A stretch of DNA of 64,000 nucleotides from Betaproteobacteria bacterium (GTDB lineage Bacteria; Pseudomonadota; Gammaproteobacteria; Burkholderiales; SG8-39), in NCBI GenBank assembly GCA_009693235.1, contig SHXR01000012.1, positions 808 through 64,807 on the forward strand, written 5' to 3'. The notes below the pieces were generated by a model. That model was given only the letters and a program-made list of their open reading frames with translations. It was not told the DNA's origin and ran no database searches. A program made the position numbers and the translations under genes. Within the stretch, counting starts at the first letter, position 1, and each line of letters begins with the position of its first letter. Of the stretch, positions 20,589 to 30,136 are shown one piece after another.

Positions 20589-21914
20589 ATGAGTCCTCCT
20601 GACCAGACACAATCGTTCGATGCCCTCGTCCAACCCGACCGGGTGCATCGTGATGTCTATCTGAGCGAGTCGATCTTTGCGCAGGAACAGGAGCGCCTGT
20701 TCGGCAAAGCTTGGCTCTATGTGGGCCACCTGTCGCAGGTCCCCAGGCCGGGAGACTATATGACCCTCGATCTGGCCGGCCAACCGGTCATCCTGGTGCG
20801 GGCCACCGACGAGTCGTTCCGGGTGTTTTTCAATCGATGCGCACACAAGGGCTCGATGATTGTGAGCGAGCGGGCTGGCCATACCGGGCGGGCCTTTCGC
20901 TGTCCGTACCACTCCTGGACCTACCGGCTCGACGGCACCTTGCTTGCGGTGCCCGCACAAGGCGGTTATGACGGAACGCAAATGCGTGCCTGCGAGACCG
21001 GTCGCGGCCTGACTGAAATCGCCAGCGCGCACTATCGCGGCTTCGTGTTTGCGCGGCTTGCTGCGTCCGGCCCTGCGTTCGATGCGCATTGCGGTGCGAT
21101 GTTTCATGCGATCGATGCCTTGGTGGATCGATCGCCGTCGGGCGAAGTCGAAGTGGCCGGGTTGCCGCTGCGCAATATCGTTCCTTGCAACTGGAAGGTG
21201 TATCTCGAGAACATCAACGATGCGATGCATGCGAATGTGACGCATGAATCCGCGTCGATGGCGGCCGAACGTGTTTGGTCGCAGGCGCCGGCTGGGGTCA
21301 AGAAACCCATGGGCATTGAGATTTTGATGCCGTTCGGTTCCGACAATGATTTCCTTGCCAGGATGGGTGGGCAGGTCTATGCCAACGGCCATAGTATCTT
21401 CGGTTCGAACATGTCGATCCATAGCTGCTACTCGAGCCTGCCCGACTATGAAACGGCGATGGAGAAGGCGTACGGCGAAGAGCGCACCAAGCACATTTTG
21501 TCGTGGGTGCCGCAGAACTCGATCGTGTATCCAAGCGTCGCCTTCAAGAGCGCACCACAGACGATTAGAGTGATCCGCCCGCTCGCGGTAGATCGCACCT
21601 TGATCGAGGTCTGGGCATTCCGTCCGAAGAATGCCCCCGATGCATTGCTCGAGCGAACGCTGCTCTATAACCGCATCGTGTTCTCGCCGATGTCGATTGT
21701 TGCGCATGACGACATCCATGTGTTCGAGACAATCCAAAAGGGATTGCGTACCTCGGGCAATCCGTGGGTCAGCCTCCATCGTGATTACGTGGCTGGTGAG
21801 GGCGATGCGCCCTCCATGACGACCAGCGGCACCAATGAAATTCTGATGCGCAATCAGTTTCGTGCGTGGCGGCAATACATGGCAGCGGAGAATGCTTACG
21901 CGGTGCAGGCATGA
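20589..21914 (+). CDS. Rieske oxygenase alpha subunit, IacC/IadD-like (indole-3-acetate pathway type)
   Basis: LVQPDRVHRDVY N-terminus, NRCAHKG..CPYHSW, NWK..EN.ND.MH....H, HDD, GTNEILMRNQFRAW C-terminus. Confidence 0.85.
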   Translation: MSPPDQTQSFDALVQPDRVHRDVYLSESIFAQEQERLFGKAWLYVGHLSQVPRPGDYMTLDLAGQPVILVRATDESFRVFFNRCAHKGSMIVSERAGHTGRAFRCPYHSWTYRLDGTLLAVPAQGGYDGTQMRACETGRGLTEIASAHYRGFVFARLAASGPAFDAHCGAMFHAIDALVDRSPSGEVEVAGLPLRNIVPCNWKVYLENINDAMHANVTHESASMAAERVWSQAPAGVKKPMGIEILMPFGSDNDFLARMGGQVYANGHSIFGSNMSIHSCYSSLPDYETAMEKAYGEERTKHILSWVPQNSIVYPSVAFKSAPQTIRVIRPLAVDRTLIEVWAFRPKNAPDALLERTLLYNRIVFSPMSIVAHDDIHVFETIQKGLRTSGNPWVSLHRDYVAGEGDAPSMTTSGTNEILMRNQFRAWRQYMAAENAYAVQA

Positions 21915-22396
21915 CCACCCGTCCGACCAACGACGCGATCGCGCAATTCATCTACAACGAAGCGGCGCTGGTCGATGCAGGCCGCTACGATGAATGGCTC
22001 GATCTCTTTGCCGATGAGGCGATCTATTGGCTGCCGCTGTCAGCCAAACAAAGCGACTATCGTGGCGAACAATCGATCGCCTGCGAAGACAAGATGTTGC
22101 TCAATGTGCGGATCAAGCGATTGAAAGGTCCGCGGGCCTATTCCAATCAGCCGCCTGCGCGGTGTCTGCATGTATTGCAGGCGCCTGCCATCGAGGAGGC
22201 AGACACCAAGCTGAACCGATTCATCACCCGCGCGCCATTTTTTTACGTCGAGTCGCGTGGGGATGCCCAATTCTTTTTGGCCGGGCGGGTGCTGCATCGT
22301 TTGCGAGTCGAGAATGGCGTGCTGCGCATCGTTGAGAAGCGGGTCGATCTCATCAATGCGGATGCGGCGCTGCCGCCCATTTTTCTTTTTCCGTGA
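21911..22396 (+). CDS. Rieske oxygenase beta subunit
   Basis: FIYNEA.LVD..RYDEWL.LF...A.YW.P, KRVDLINAD..LP. ATGA overlap with the alpha subunit. Confidence 0.9.
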   Translation: MTTRPTNDAIAQFIYNEAALVDAGRYDEWLDLFADEAIYWLPLSAKQSDYRGEQSIACEDKMLLNVRIKRLKGPRAYSNQPPARCLHVLQAPAIEEADTKLNRFITRAPFFYVESRGDAQFFLAGRVLHRLRVENGVLRIVEKRVDLINADAALPPIFLFP

Positions 22397-24009
22397 GCAT
22401 GAACACTGTATTCAGTGCATTTTCCGCCACCGTCTCTCAATACGGCGGTAAGCCGTTTCTGCACATTCCCGCCTCCGCGCAAGGCGCGGGTGCGGTGACG
22501 CCCTATGAATGCACCTACGCTCAGATGCTCGTTGAAGTCGAACGGCTGGTGGCCATCTATCGCGGGCAGGGCTATGGTGTTGGGCACCGCATTGCGCTGC
22601 TGCTTGAAAATCAGCCGGCGTTTCTTGCGCATTGGCTCGCCATCAATGCGGTGGGTGCCGGCATCGTGCCGCTCAATCCCGATTATCAGCGTGCCGAGTT
22701 GGAGTATGTGCTGGGGCATAGCGAAGCGAGCGTGGCGGTGGCCTTGCCGCGCCACGAAGCAAAGCTTCGCGATCTTGGGATGGCAACGCTCTCGATCACG
22801 ACGGCAGGTGATGGCTTCAAACTGCCACGAGCGCCATCGCCCGCATCGGCTACACCGGCCGATGATTCGACCGAATGCGCGCTCCTCTATACATCTGGCA
22901 CCACCGGCAAACCGAAGGGCTGTCTCATCAGCAACTTTTACTGTCTCAATATGGGCCGCTATTACATCAGCGAAGGCGGCCTTTGCACCGTGCGAGAAGG
23001 CGAAGAACGGCTCATCACGCCATTGCCGCTTTTTCATATGAACGCGCTAGCTGCCTCCACGATGGCGATGATTTTGTCGGGCGGGTGCGTGGTGCAACTC
23101 GATCGCTTCCATCCAAAGCAATGGTGGCAAGATGTCGCGACCAGTCGCGCGACGATCGTGCATTACCTTGGAGTGATGCCGGCGATGCTGCTTGGGATGC
23201 CCGTAACCGAGTACGATCGTGCGCATCAGGTTCGTTTCGGATTTGGCGCGAATGCCAATCCCAAGGATCACCAGGCGTTTGAATCTCGCTTTGGCTTTCC
23301 GCTGATCGAGGCGTGGGCGATGACTGAAACTGGTGCGGGGGCCACCTCCACTGCGAGCCGGGAACCACGCCATGTCGGCACGCGCTGCATCGGTCGGCCG
23401 CGTCCGAGTGTAGAGATGGGCATCGTCGATGAGGCGCACCGAGATGTACCGGATGGCATGGCGGGCGAACTCCTTGTTCGGCAGGCGGGCCCCGACCCAC
23501 GCGCGGGATTCTTCTCGGGCTATCTTAAAGACGAAGCCGCGACCGCGTATGCCTGGCGTGACGGCTGGTTCCACACCGGCGATGCGGTACGCCGCGGGCC
23601 GGATGGCCAGTACCATTTCGTCGACCGGCAACGCAACATCATTCGACGTGCCGGTGAAAACATCGCCGCGCTCGAAGTCGAAGCTTCGCTGCTCGATCAT
23701 CCGGCGGTGCGCCAGATCGCGGTGATCGCCGCGCCCGATGCCATGCGTGATGAGGAGGTGATGGCTTGCGTCGTGGCGCCACCTGAGGTGCCGCGCACAC
23801 GCGAGACCGCAATCTCGATTCAGGATTGGTGCCTCTCACGCCTGGCCTACTTTAAGGCGCCTGGCTTTGTGGCCTTTATCGATGCGCTGCCCACCACATC
23901 GACCAACAAGGTGCAAAAGATCAAGCTGGCCGATTTTGGCGCCAACCCGATGGAGGTACCCGCATGCTTTGATCTGCGCGATCGCAAGAAGCGGGAGCGC
24001 AGCCCTTGA
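22393..24009 (+). CDS. Acyl/aryl-CoA ligase (CaiC-like AMP-binding enzyme)
   Basis: LYTSGTTGKPKG, PLFH, WAMTET, GWFHTGD, RRAGENI, TNKVQK. Confidence 0.92.
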   Translation: MSMNTVFSAFSATVSQYGGKPFLHIPASAQGAGAVTPYECTYAQMLVEVERLVAIYRGQGYGVGHRIALLLENQPAFLAHWLAINAVGAGIVPLNPDYQRAELEYVLGHSEASVAVALPRHEAKLRDLGMATLSITTAGDGFKLPRAPSPASATPADDSTECALLYTSGTTGKPKGCLISNFYCLNMGRYYISEGGLCTVREGEERLITPLPLFHMNALAASTMAMILSGGCVVQLDRFHPKQWWQDVATSRATIVHYLGVMPAMLLGMPVTEYDRAHQVRFGFGANANPKDHQAFESRFGFPLIEAWAMTETGAGATSTASREPRHVGTRCIGRPRPSVEMGIVDEAHRDVPDGMAGELLVRQAGPDPRAGFFSGYLKDEAATAYAWRDGWFHTGDAVRRGPDGQYHFVDRQRNIIRRAGENIAALEVEASLLDHPAVRQIAVIAAPDAMRDEEVMACVVAPPEVPRTRETAISIQDWCLSRLAYFKAPGFVAFIDALPTTSTNKVQKIKLADFGANPMEVPACFDLRDRKKRERSP

Positions 24010-25166
24010 GGCGTGGTTACGATGATGTAGTGATCACCTGTCCGGTGACGGTGCCTTATGTGCGGTACTCGATCCGGGGCGGCCATTGGTTTCTTGCGCG
24101 GGCGCTCGCCGAATTGGTGAAAGCCTCCGGCGTTGCGAAGGCATCGATGGATGGCCTGTGCGTATCGAGCTTCACATTGACACCCGATACCGCGATCGGC
24201 TTCACGCAGCATGTGGGTGTTTCGCCGCGCTGGCTCGACTACGTGCCGTTAGGTGGCGCAAGCGGTGTGGTGTGTCTCAGACGCGCGTCGCGCGCGGTGC
24301 AGGCAGGCGATGCCGATATCGTCGCCTGCATCGCGGGTGATACCAGCCATACCGATTCGTTTCGCCTTACGCTTGCCAACTTCAGTATGTTTGCGCGCGA
24401 TGCGGTGTATCCGTATGGCGCGGGTGGGCCCAATGCGAGCTTCGCGTTTCTCACCTCGTACTACATGCGCACCTATGGCGCGGAGCGTGCCGACTTCGGT
24501 AAGATGTGTGTCGCCCAGCGTGACAATGCGCTCAAGTATTCGGAAGCCTTGTTCAAGAAGCCGTTGACGCTTGCTGAATACCTGGATGCGCGCCCAATCG
24601 CTGAACCCCTGCGCTTATTTGATTGCGTGATGCCCTGTGCGGGTGGCGAAGGATTTCTCGTGATGCGCAAAGCGCGCGCGCTGGATCTTGGTCTGCCCTA
24701 TGTGCATATTCTTGGCACGATCGAGCGGCACAATGGCTTTCCGGCCGATCCGATTCAGATGCGCGGCGGTTGGGCGGTCGATCGCGATGATCTCTACGCG
24801 CAAGCCGGCGTCAGTCCAAGCGATATTGATTTCTTCCAGACCTATGACGACTACCCGGTGATCTCGCTCATGCAGATCGAGGACCTCGGGTTCTGTGCGA
24901 AAGGGGAAGGCCCCGCGTTCGTGCGCGCCAATACGCTGACGTTCGATGGATCGTTCCCGGTGAATACCTCGGGCGGACAATTGTCGGTGGGGCAGGCCGG
25001 TGCGGCAGGCGGTTATCTTGGCATGGTTGAAGCAGTGCGACAACTCACCGGCCAAGCAGAAGCGCGCGCGGTGAAAGACGCCAAGGTAGGTTTGGTGAGT
25101 GGCTTTGGCATGATCAACTTCGATCGGGGCCTGGCATCGGGCGCCGCAATCTTGGGGGCCGCATGA
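24006..25166 (+). CDS. Thiolase family protein (SCP-x/non-specific lipid-transfer type)
   Basis: GGASG, PLRLFDC..PC.GG, YDDY, NTSGGQLS.GQ, EAVRQL. Adjacent to a DUF35 gene. Confidence 0.9.
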   Translation: MRRGYDDVVITCPVTVPYVRYSIRGGHWFLARALAELVKASGVAKASMDGLCVSSFTLTPDTAIGFTQHVGVSPRWLDYVPLGGASGVVCLRRASRAVQAGDADIVACIAGDTSHTDSFRLTLANFSMFARDAVYPYGAGGPNASFAFLTSYYMRTYGAERADFGKMCVAQRDNALKYSEALFKKPLTLAEYLDARPIAEPLRLFDCVMPCAGGEGFLVMRKARALDLGLPYVHILGTIERHNGFPADPIQMRGGWAVDRDDLYAQAGVSPSDIDFFQTYDDYPVISLMQIEDLGFCAKGEGPAFVRANTLTFDGSFPVNTSGGQLSVGQAGAAGGYLGMVEAVRQLTGQAEARAVKDAKVGLVSGFGMINFDRGLASGAAILGAA

Positions 25167-26410
25167 CGCGCGAGCTCAGCCGCCCCAAACGGAAGAACCC
25201 GATCCTGCGCACGCGTCTTGCGACGTTGCCGCCCGGCGCGCGTAGTCGCGTTGCGCTTGGCCTGACTGCCGCCGCTGCACGCGGCGCGTTCGAGCTGCAA
25301 GTCTGTCGCGATTGCCAGGCGGTGCAGTATCCGCCGCGTGAAGCGTGTCAGGCATGTCTATCCAGCCGATTGCCATGGCGCGTGCAGGCCGGTGACGGAG
25401 AGCTCATTGCCGACACGACCCTTGCGCACAGCAACGATCTCTTTTTTCGCGAGCGCGTGCCCTGGCGGTTGGGCTATGTGCGGCTTGACTGCGGGCCCAC
25501 CGTGGTCGTGCATATGCATGGCGACGTGCCGCCTGCGCCTGCGCGCGTGAAGGTGGGCGCCCGACTCGATAAATCCGGACAGGCGGTGCTGATCGCCTTT
25601 CCGTCACAGGAGGTGCCGAATATGGCCGATGACCGACAATTGCGTGAGTTCACCTGCGATCCGAAATTTCGCAAGGTGCTTGTCACCGATGGTAAGACGG
25701 GCATCGGGCAAGCGATCGTGAAGGCGATCATCGCGGCTGGTGCGGATCTCGTTTGGGTGGGTCATGCCGAGCCTTGGAAAAAATTCCCTGGGTTCGATGA
25801 ATTGAAAGCGATCCCGCAGGTTTCGTTGATGCCACTCGATCTCACCGACTCAAAGTCGGTGCGCGAAATTGCCGCCGAAATCGGCGGGCGTGTGGATGTT
25901 CTCATCAACACAGCAGAAGTTCATCGCAACTTCGGCATCGGCAATCGCCGTGGCGTGGAGATCGCGCAAGCCGAGATGGACGTCAATTACTTTGGACTCC
26001 TGCGGCTCGCGCAGGAGTTTGGCCCGGCGTTACGTGGGCGTGCGGCGGACGGACAATCGAACGCGGTGGCGTGGGTGAATATTCTGTCGGTCTATGCGCT
26101 GGCAAATTTTCCACCGCATGGAACCTTCTCGGCATCCAAGGCGGCCGCGCATTCGCTGGCGCAATGCCTACGGGCCGAAATGCGACCGGCCGGCATTCGC
26201 GTCATCAACGTGTTTCCCGGTCCAATCGACCATGAATGGAATCAGCAGATCCCGCCGCCCAAGGTGACGCCGCAAGCGCTTGCCACCGCGATCGTGCGCG
26301 CGCTGAAGGACGGCGTGGAAGACGTGTATCCGGGCGATGTCGCGCAGGAATGGCTGGAACGCTGGCGGGACAATCCGAAGGCGCTGGAACGGGAGCTGTC
26401 GAATCCATGA
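25163..26410 (+). CDS. DUF35 (Zn-ribbon/OB-fold) - short-chain dehydrogenase fusion
   Basis: N-terminal LQVCRDC...YPPREAC..C Zn ribbon plus OB fold; C-terminal VLVTDGKTGIG, LINTA, MDVNYFG, FSASKAA. Confidence 0.88.
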   Translation: MTRELSRPKRKNPILRTRLATLPPGARSRVALGLTAAAARGAFELQVCRDCQAVQYPPREACQACLSSRLPWRVQAGDGELIADTTLAHSNDLFFRERVPWRLGYVRLDCGPTVVVHMHGDVPPAPARVKVGARLDKSGQAVLIAFPSQEVPNMADDRQLREFTCDPKFRKVLVTDGKTGIGQAIVKAIIAAGADLVWVGHAEPWKKFPGFDELKAIPQVSLMPLDLTDSKSVREIAAEIGGRVDVLINTAEVHRNFGIGNRRGVEIAQAEMDVNYFGLLRLAQEFGPALRGRAADGQSNAVAWVNILSVYALANFPPHGTFSASKAAAHSLAQCLRAEMRPAGIRVINVFPGPIDHEWNQQIPPPKVTPQALATAIVRALKDGVEDVYPGDVAQEWLERWRDNPKALERELSNP

Positions 26411-27189
26411 GTACGAACATCCTTAGTCAACTCGTCGCGGAACTGTCGAGCGGTCGCATCCGCATCATCGATCTCACGCAGACGCTCTCACCGGAATTTC
26501 CGCAGATTTCACTGCCGCCGGAAATGGGCCAATGCCTGCCGTTTCGCATCGAAGAGGTGTCGCGTTATGACGATCGCGGCCCAGGCTGGTACTGGAACAA
26601 TTTCTCATGCGGCGAACACACCGGCACGCATTTCGATGCGCCGATCCATTGGATCTCAGGCAAGGACCTGCCGAACAACGCTACCGACACGGTGCCGATC
26701 ACCGATTTCGTGCGACCTGCCTGCGTACTCGATTGCTCGAAGGAAGCGGCGGCTAATCCGGATTTTCTGTTGACGGTTGAATTCGTCAAGCGCTGGGAAG
26801 CCAAGCATGGTGTGATCCCGACGCGCTCATGGGTGCTGATGCGCACCGACTGGTCGAAGCGCACCGACCCGGCGGCCTACCAAAACTTCGATGAGACGGG
26901 TCAACACACGCCAGGCCCGGATGCCGAGGTCGTGCAATTCCTCGTGCATGAACGCGACGTCATCGGCTTTGGTACCGAAGCGATCGGCACGGACGCCGGC
27001 CAAGCGCAGTATCTGCGCCCACCCTACCCCTGCCACTACTTCATGCACGGCGCGGGTCGCTACGGTCTACAGTGCTTGACCAATCTGGATCGCCTGCCGC
27101 CGACCGGGAGCGTGATCGTCGCCGCGCCGCTCAAGATTCAGGATGGCAGCGGGAGCCCGCTTAGGGTGATTGCGATGGTGACGAGCTAG
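26407..27189 (+). CDS. Cyclase family metal hydrolase (isatin hydrolase/kynurenine formamidase type)
   Basis: IDLTQTL, WYWNN..CGEHTGTHFDAP.HW, PLKI..GSGSPLRV. Confidence 0.9.
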   Translation: MSTNILSQLVAELSSGRIRIIDLTQTLSPEFPQISLPPEMGQCLPFRIEEVSRYDDRGPGWYWNNFSCGEHTGTHFDAPIHWISGKDLPNNATDTVPITDFVRPACVLDCSKEAAANPDFLLTVEFVKRWEAKHGVIPTRSWVLMRTDWSKRTDPAAYQNFDETGQHTPGPDAEVVQFLVHERDVIGFGTEAIGTDAGQAQYLRPPYPCHYFMHGAGRYGLQCLTNLDRLPPTGSVIVAAPLKIQDGSGSPLRVIAMVTS

Positions 27190-27193
27190 AGTA

Positions 27194-28354
27194 TCAATAC
27201 GACCGTGGCAACCCCAGCACATGTTCAGCCACGTACGAGAGCACTAAGTTGGTCGAGATCGGTGCGATCTGATAGAGCCGGGTTTCTCGGAATTTCCGCT
27301 CGATGTCGTATTCCTCGGCGAAGCCGTAGCCGCCGTGCGTTTGCAGGCACATGTCGGCAGCCTGCCAGGACGCTTCCGAGGCGATCTGTTTCGCCATATT
27401 CGCTTCCGCGCCACACGGTTCTTTGTTCTCGTACATTTCGGCGGCCTTGTGCACCATCAGTTCGGCGGCGCGCATCGCCATGTAGGCACGAGCGATGGGG
27501 AATTGCACGCCTTGGTTTTGACCGATCGGGCGGCCGAACACCTTGCGTTCGTTGGCGTAGGCGCTCGCCTTCTTGATGAACCATTTCGCATCGCCGATGC
27601 ATTCGGCGGCGATCAGAATGCGTTCGGCATTCATGCCATCCAAAATGTAACGAAAGCCTTTGCCCTCTTCGCCCAAAAGGTTCGCGGCGGGAACTTCCAT
27701 GTTGTCGAAGAACACTTCAGTGGTGCCGTGATTGATCATGGTGCGAATCGGCCGGATGGTAAGGCCCTTGCCCAAGGCCTTTCTCATATCGACGATGAAG
27801 ACCGAGATGCCTTCCGTTTTCTTCGCGACCTGATCGCGTGACGTGGTGCGTGCGAGCAGCAGCATGAGATCGGAATGCTCGGCGCGCGAGGTCCAGACTT
27901 TTTGCCCGTTGACGATGTACTTGTCACCCTGCTTGACCGCCGCGGTGCGGATCGAGGTCGTGTCGGTGCCTGCGGTGGGTTCGGTCACGCCGAAGGCTTG
28001 TAGACGCAATTCTCCCTTGGCGATCGCTGGCAGATACATGGCTTTCTGCGAGGGGTTGCCATGCCGGAGCACCGTGCCCATCGTGTACATCTGTGCATGG
28101 CACTGACTGCCATTGGCGCCGCTCGCCTGAATTTCTTCCAGGATCGCGCAGGCGGCCGAAATGCCAAGGCCACTGCCACCGAATTCTTCCGGGATCAGGC
28201 AAGAGAGATACCCGGCCTCGGTCAGCGCACGGACGAAATCCGTCGGGTAACGCCGTTCGCGATCGAGCGCACGCCAGTATTCCATTGGGAAGGTGGCGCA
28301 AAGCTTGATGACGCCTTCGCGGATATCGTTGAGTTCCTGCTGGCTGACCGACAT
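27194..28354 (-). CDS. Acyl-CoA dehydrogenase
   Basis: IPEEFGGSGL, FGVTEP.AGTD, NGQKVW, ERKVFGRPIG, QTHGGYG...EY.IERKFRE. Confidence 0.95.
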   Translation of the reverse strand: MSVSQQELNDIREGVIKLCATFPMEYWRALDRERRYPTDFVRALTEAGYLSCLIPEEFGGSGLGISAACAILEEIQASGANGSQCHAQMYTMGTVLRHGNPSQKAMYLPAIAKGELRLQAFGVTEPTAGTDTTSIRTAAVKQGDKYIVNGQKVWTSRAEHSDLMLLLARTTSRDQVAKKTEGISVFIVDMRKALGKGLTIRPIRTMINHGTTEVFFDNMEVPAANLLGEEGKGFRYILDGMNAERILIAAECIGDAKWFIKKASAYANERKVFGRPIGQNQGVQFPIARAYMAMRAAELMVHKAAEMYENKEPCGAEANMAKQIASEASWQAADMCLQTHGGYGFAEEYDIERKFRETRLYQIAPISTNLVLSYVAEHVLGLPRSY

Positions 28355-28497
28355 GAGGATCCTGTTCCAGGGTGCGCGGCGCGAAAGTGACGGAACCGCG
28401 AGTCGAACCGCGGGCTGAAAAGGGCCGTATTATATGGTGCAGCCGTACTTCTTCCCGGTCTTCATCGAAGTACGACCTTTCACATTGCCTTGAGATC

Positions 28498-28707
28498 ATG
28501 ACCCAGCCTGCAAAAGTCGACCCCGAAACCATTCGTTCGCTCGCCGCTGCCCACGGCGTCACCATCGAGCGCTCCGCCGCAGAGCGTATCGCCGATGCAT
28601 TCGGTGCGAACCTCGCGATCAGTCAAACGGATGCCCATCGGCTGCCGTTCGATCTTGAGCCGTCTGCCTGGGGGCCCATTGCGAAGCGCTGCGGTAGCCG
28701 CCCATGA
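28498..28707 (+). CDS. Small (69 aa) protein preceding amidase, GatC/AtzG-like partner
   Basis: MTQPAKVDPETIRSLAAAHGV...LPFDLEP. Stop overlaps the amidase ATG; size and C-terminal EP motif resemble amidase partner subunits. Confidence 0.55.
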   Translation: MTQPAKVDPETIRSLAAAHGVTIERSAAERIADAFGANLAISQTDAHRLPFDLEPSAWGPIAKRCGSRP

Positions 28708-30113
28708 GCGATATCGTCGAATCGTCGCTCACTGAGATCGCCGCCGCCATTCGCGCCAAACGCGTGTCATCGCGCGAAGTGACGGTTGCCTGTCTCGCGC
28801 GCATCGAACAATGGCAGCCGAAACTCAATTGCTTTATTTCGCTGGAAGCAGAGGAAGCGCTCGCGGCCGCCGATGCGGCGGATAAGGATCTTGCCAATGG
28901 GCGCATTCGTGGTGCGTTGCATGGCGTGCCGCTTGCACACAAAGACATGTACTACCGCGCAGGGAAGGTCTCCACCTGCGGTTCGAAGATTCGGCGCGAT
29001 TGGCAAGCCGATACGACGTCCACTGCGCTCAAGCGCCTTACCGATCATGGCGCGTTGCAGATTGGCACGCTCAATATGGCCGAGTTCGCTTACGGGCCAA
29101 CGGGCCACAACGCACATTTCGGTCATTGCCGCAATCCTTGGAATACCACGCACATTACCGGTGGTTCGTCGAGCGGATCGGGTGCTTCCGTGGCGGCACG
29201 TCTGGTGTTCGGCGCATTGGGTTCCGACACCGGCGGCTCGATCCGCGGGCCCTCTGGCATGTGCGGTCTGGTGGGGATGAAGCCGACCTGGACGCGCGTC
29301 AGCCGCCATGGCGCCTTGCCGCTCTCGTTTTCTCTCGACACGGTGGGTCCGCTGGTCCGTACCGTCGAAGACGCTGCGCTGATGCTGAAGGTGATCGCGG
29401 GCGCCGATGTCAATGATCCGGACTGCTCGACCGAACCCGTTCCCGACTACGTCGGTGCGTTGCGCGACCCGGTGAAAGGTTTGCGCGTCGGCATCCCGAA
29501 AGGCTGGCTGGATGCCGACATCGATTCGGCCGTGGGGCAGACCCTTCGTGTCGCGGCGAAAGCGATGGCGTCAGCAGGCATCGAAGTTATCGACGTGACG
29601 CCCCCCGACCTTGCTACGCTCTCTGCCCATTCGATGATCGTGCTGCAAGCGGAGGCGACCAGCCTGCACGGTTCATGGCTGCGTGAGCGTGCCGAGGACT
29701 ATCTGCCGCAAACACGGGCTCGTCTGGAATCCGGCTTCTCGGTGCCGGCGGTGGCCTATCTCGATGCGTTGCGCGCACGGGGGCCGGCGCTGGCAAAGTT
29801 CGTGGAGACCACGATGGCAGGCGTCGACGCGATCATGATTCCAACTTTGCCGATCACGACGCCGACCATCGAGGCTACCGATGCGGGTGGCGGACCTAAC
29901 ATGGCGCGTATCATCATGGAAATCATGCGCTTCATGCGATGGGTGAACTATCTAGGCGTTCCATCGCTGTCGGTCCCCTGCGGCTTCGATGCCAAGGGAC
30001 TGCCGATCGGTATGCAACTCCTCGGACGTCCGTGGGCCGAATCGACCTTGTTTCGCATTGGCCACGCCTATCAAAGTGCGACAGCATGGCACCAACGGGT
30101 GCCGTCGATCTGA
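28704..30113 (+). CDS. Amidase signature family enzyme
   Basis: LHGVPLAHKD, TGGSSSGSGA, LGSDTGGSIR (Ser-cisSer-Lys triad), GLPIGMQL. Confidence 0.95.
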   Translation: MSDIVESSLTEIAAAIRAKRVSSREVTVACLARIEQWQPKLNCFISLEAEEALAAADAADKDLANGRIRGALHGVPLAHKDMYYRAGKVSTCGSKIRRDWQADTTSTALKRLTDHGALQIGTLNMAEFAYGPTGHNAHFGHCRNPWNTTHITGGSSSGSGASVAARLVFGALGSDTGGSIRGPSGMCGLVGMKPTWTRVSRHGALPLSFSLDTVGPLVRTVEDAALMLKVIAGADVNDPDCSTEPVPDYVGALRDPVKGLRVGIPKGWLDADIDSAVGQTLRVAAKAMASAGIEVIDVTPPDLATLSAHSMIVLQAEATSLHGSWLRERAEDYLPQTRARLESGFSVPAVAYLDALRARGPALAKFVETTMAGVDAIMIPTLPITTPTIEATDAGGGPNMARIIMEIMRFMRWVNYLGVPSLSVPCGFDAKGLPIGMQLLGRPWAESTLFRIGHAYQSATAWHQRVPSI

Positions 30114-30136
30114 ACATTTAGCTTTGTGGACTATCC

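Noticed and set aside
20580-21875. 431-aa minus-strand ORF
   Set aside because: Antisense to the Rieske alpha subunit; no recognisable motifs.
28498-30113. gatCA of Glu-tRNA amidotransferase
   Set aside because: No gatB follows, the GatA-specific RYDG segment is absent, and the context is catabolic.
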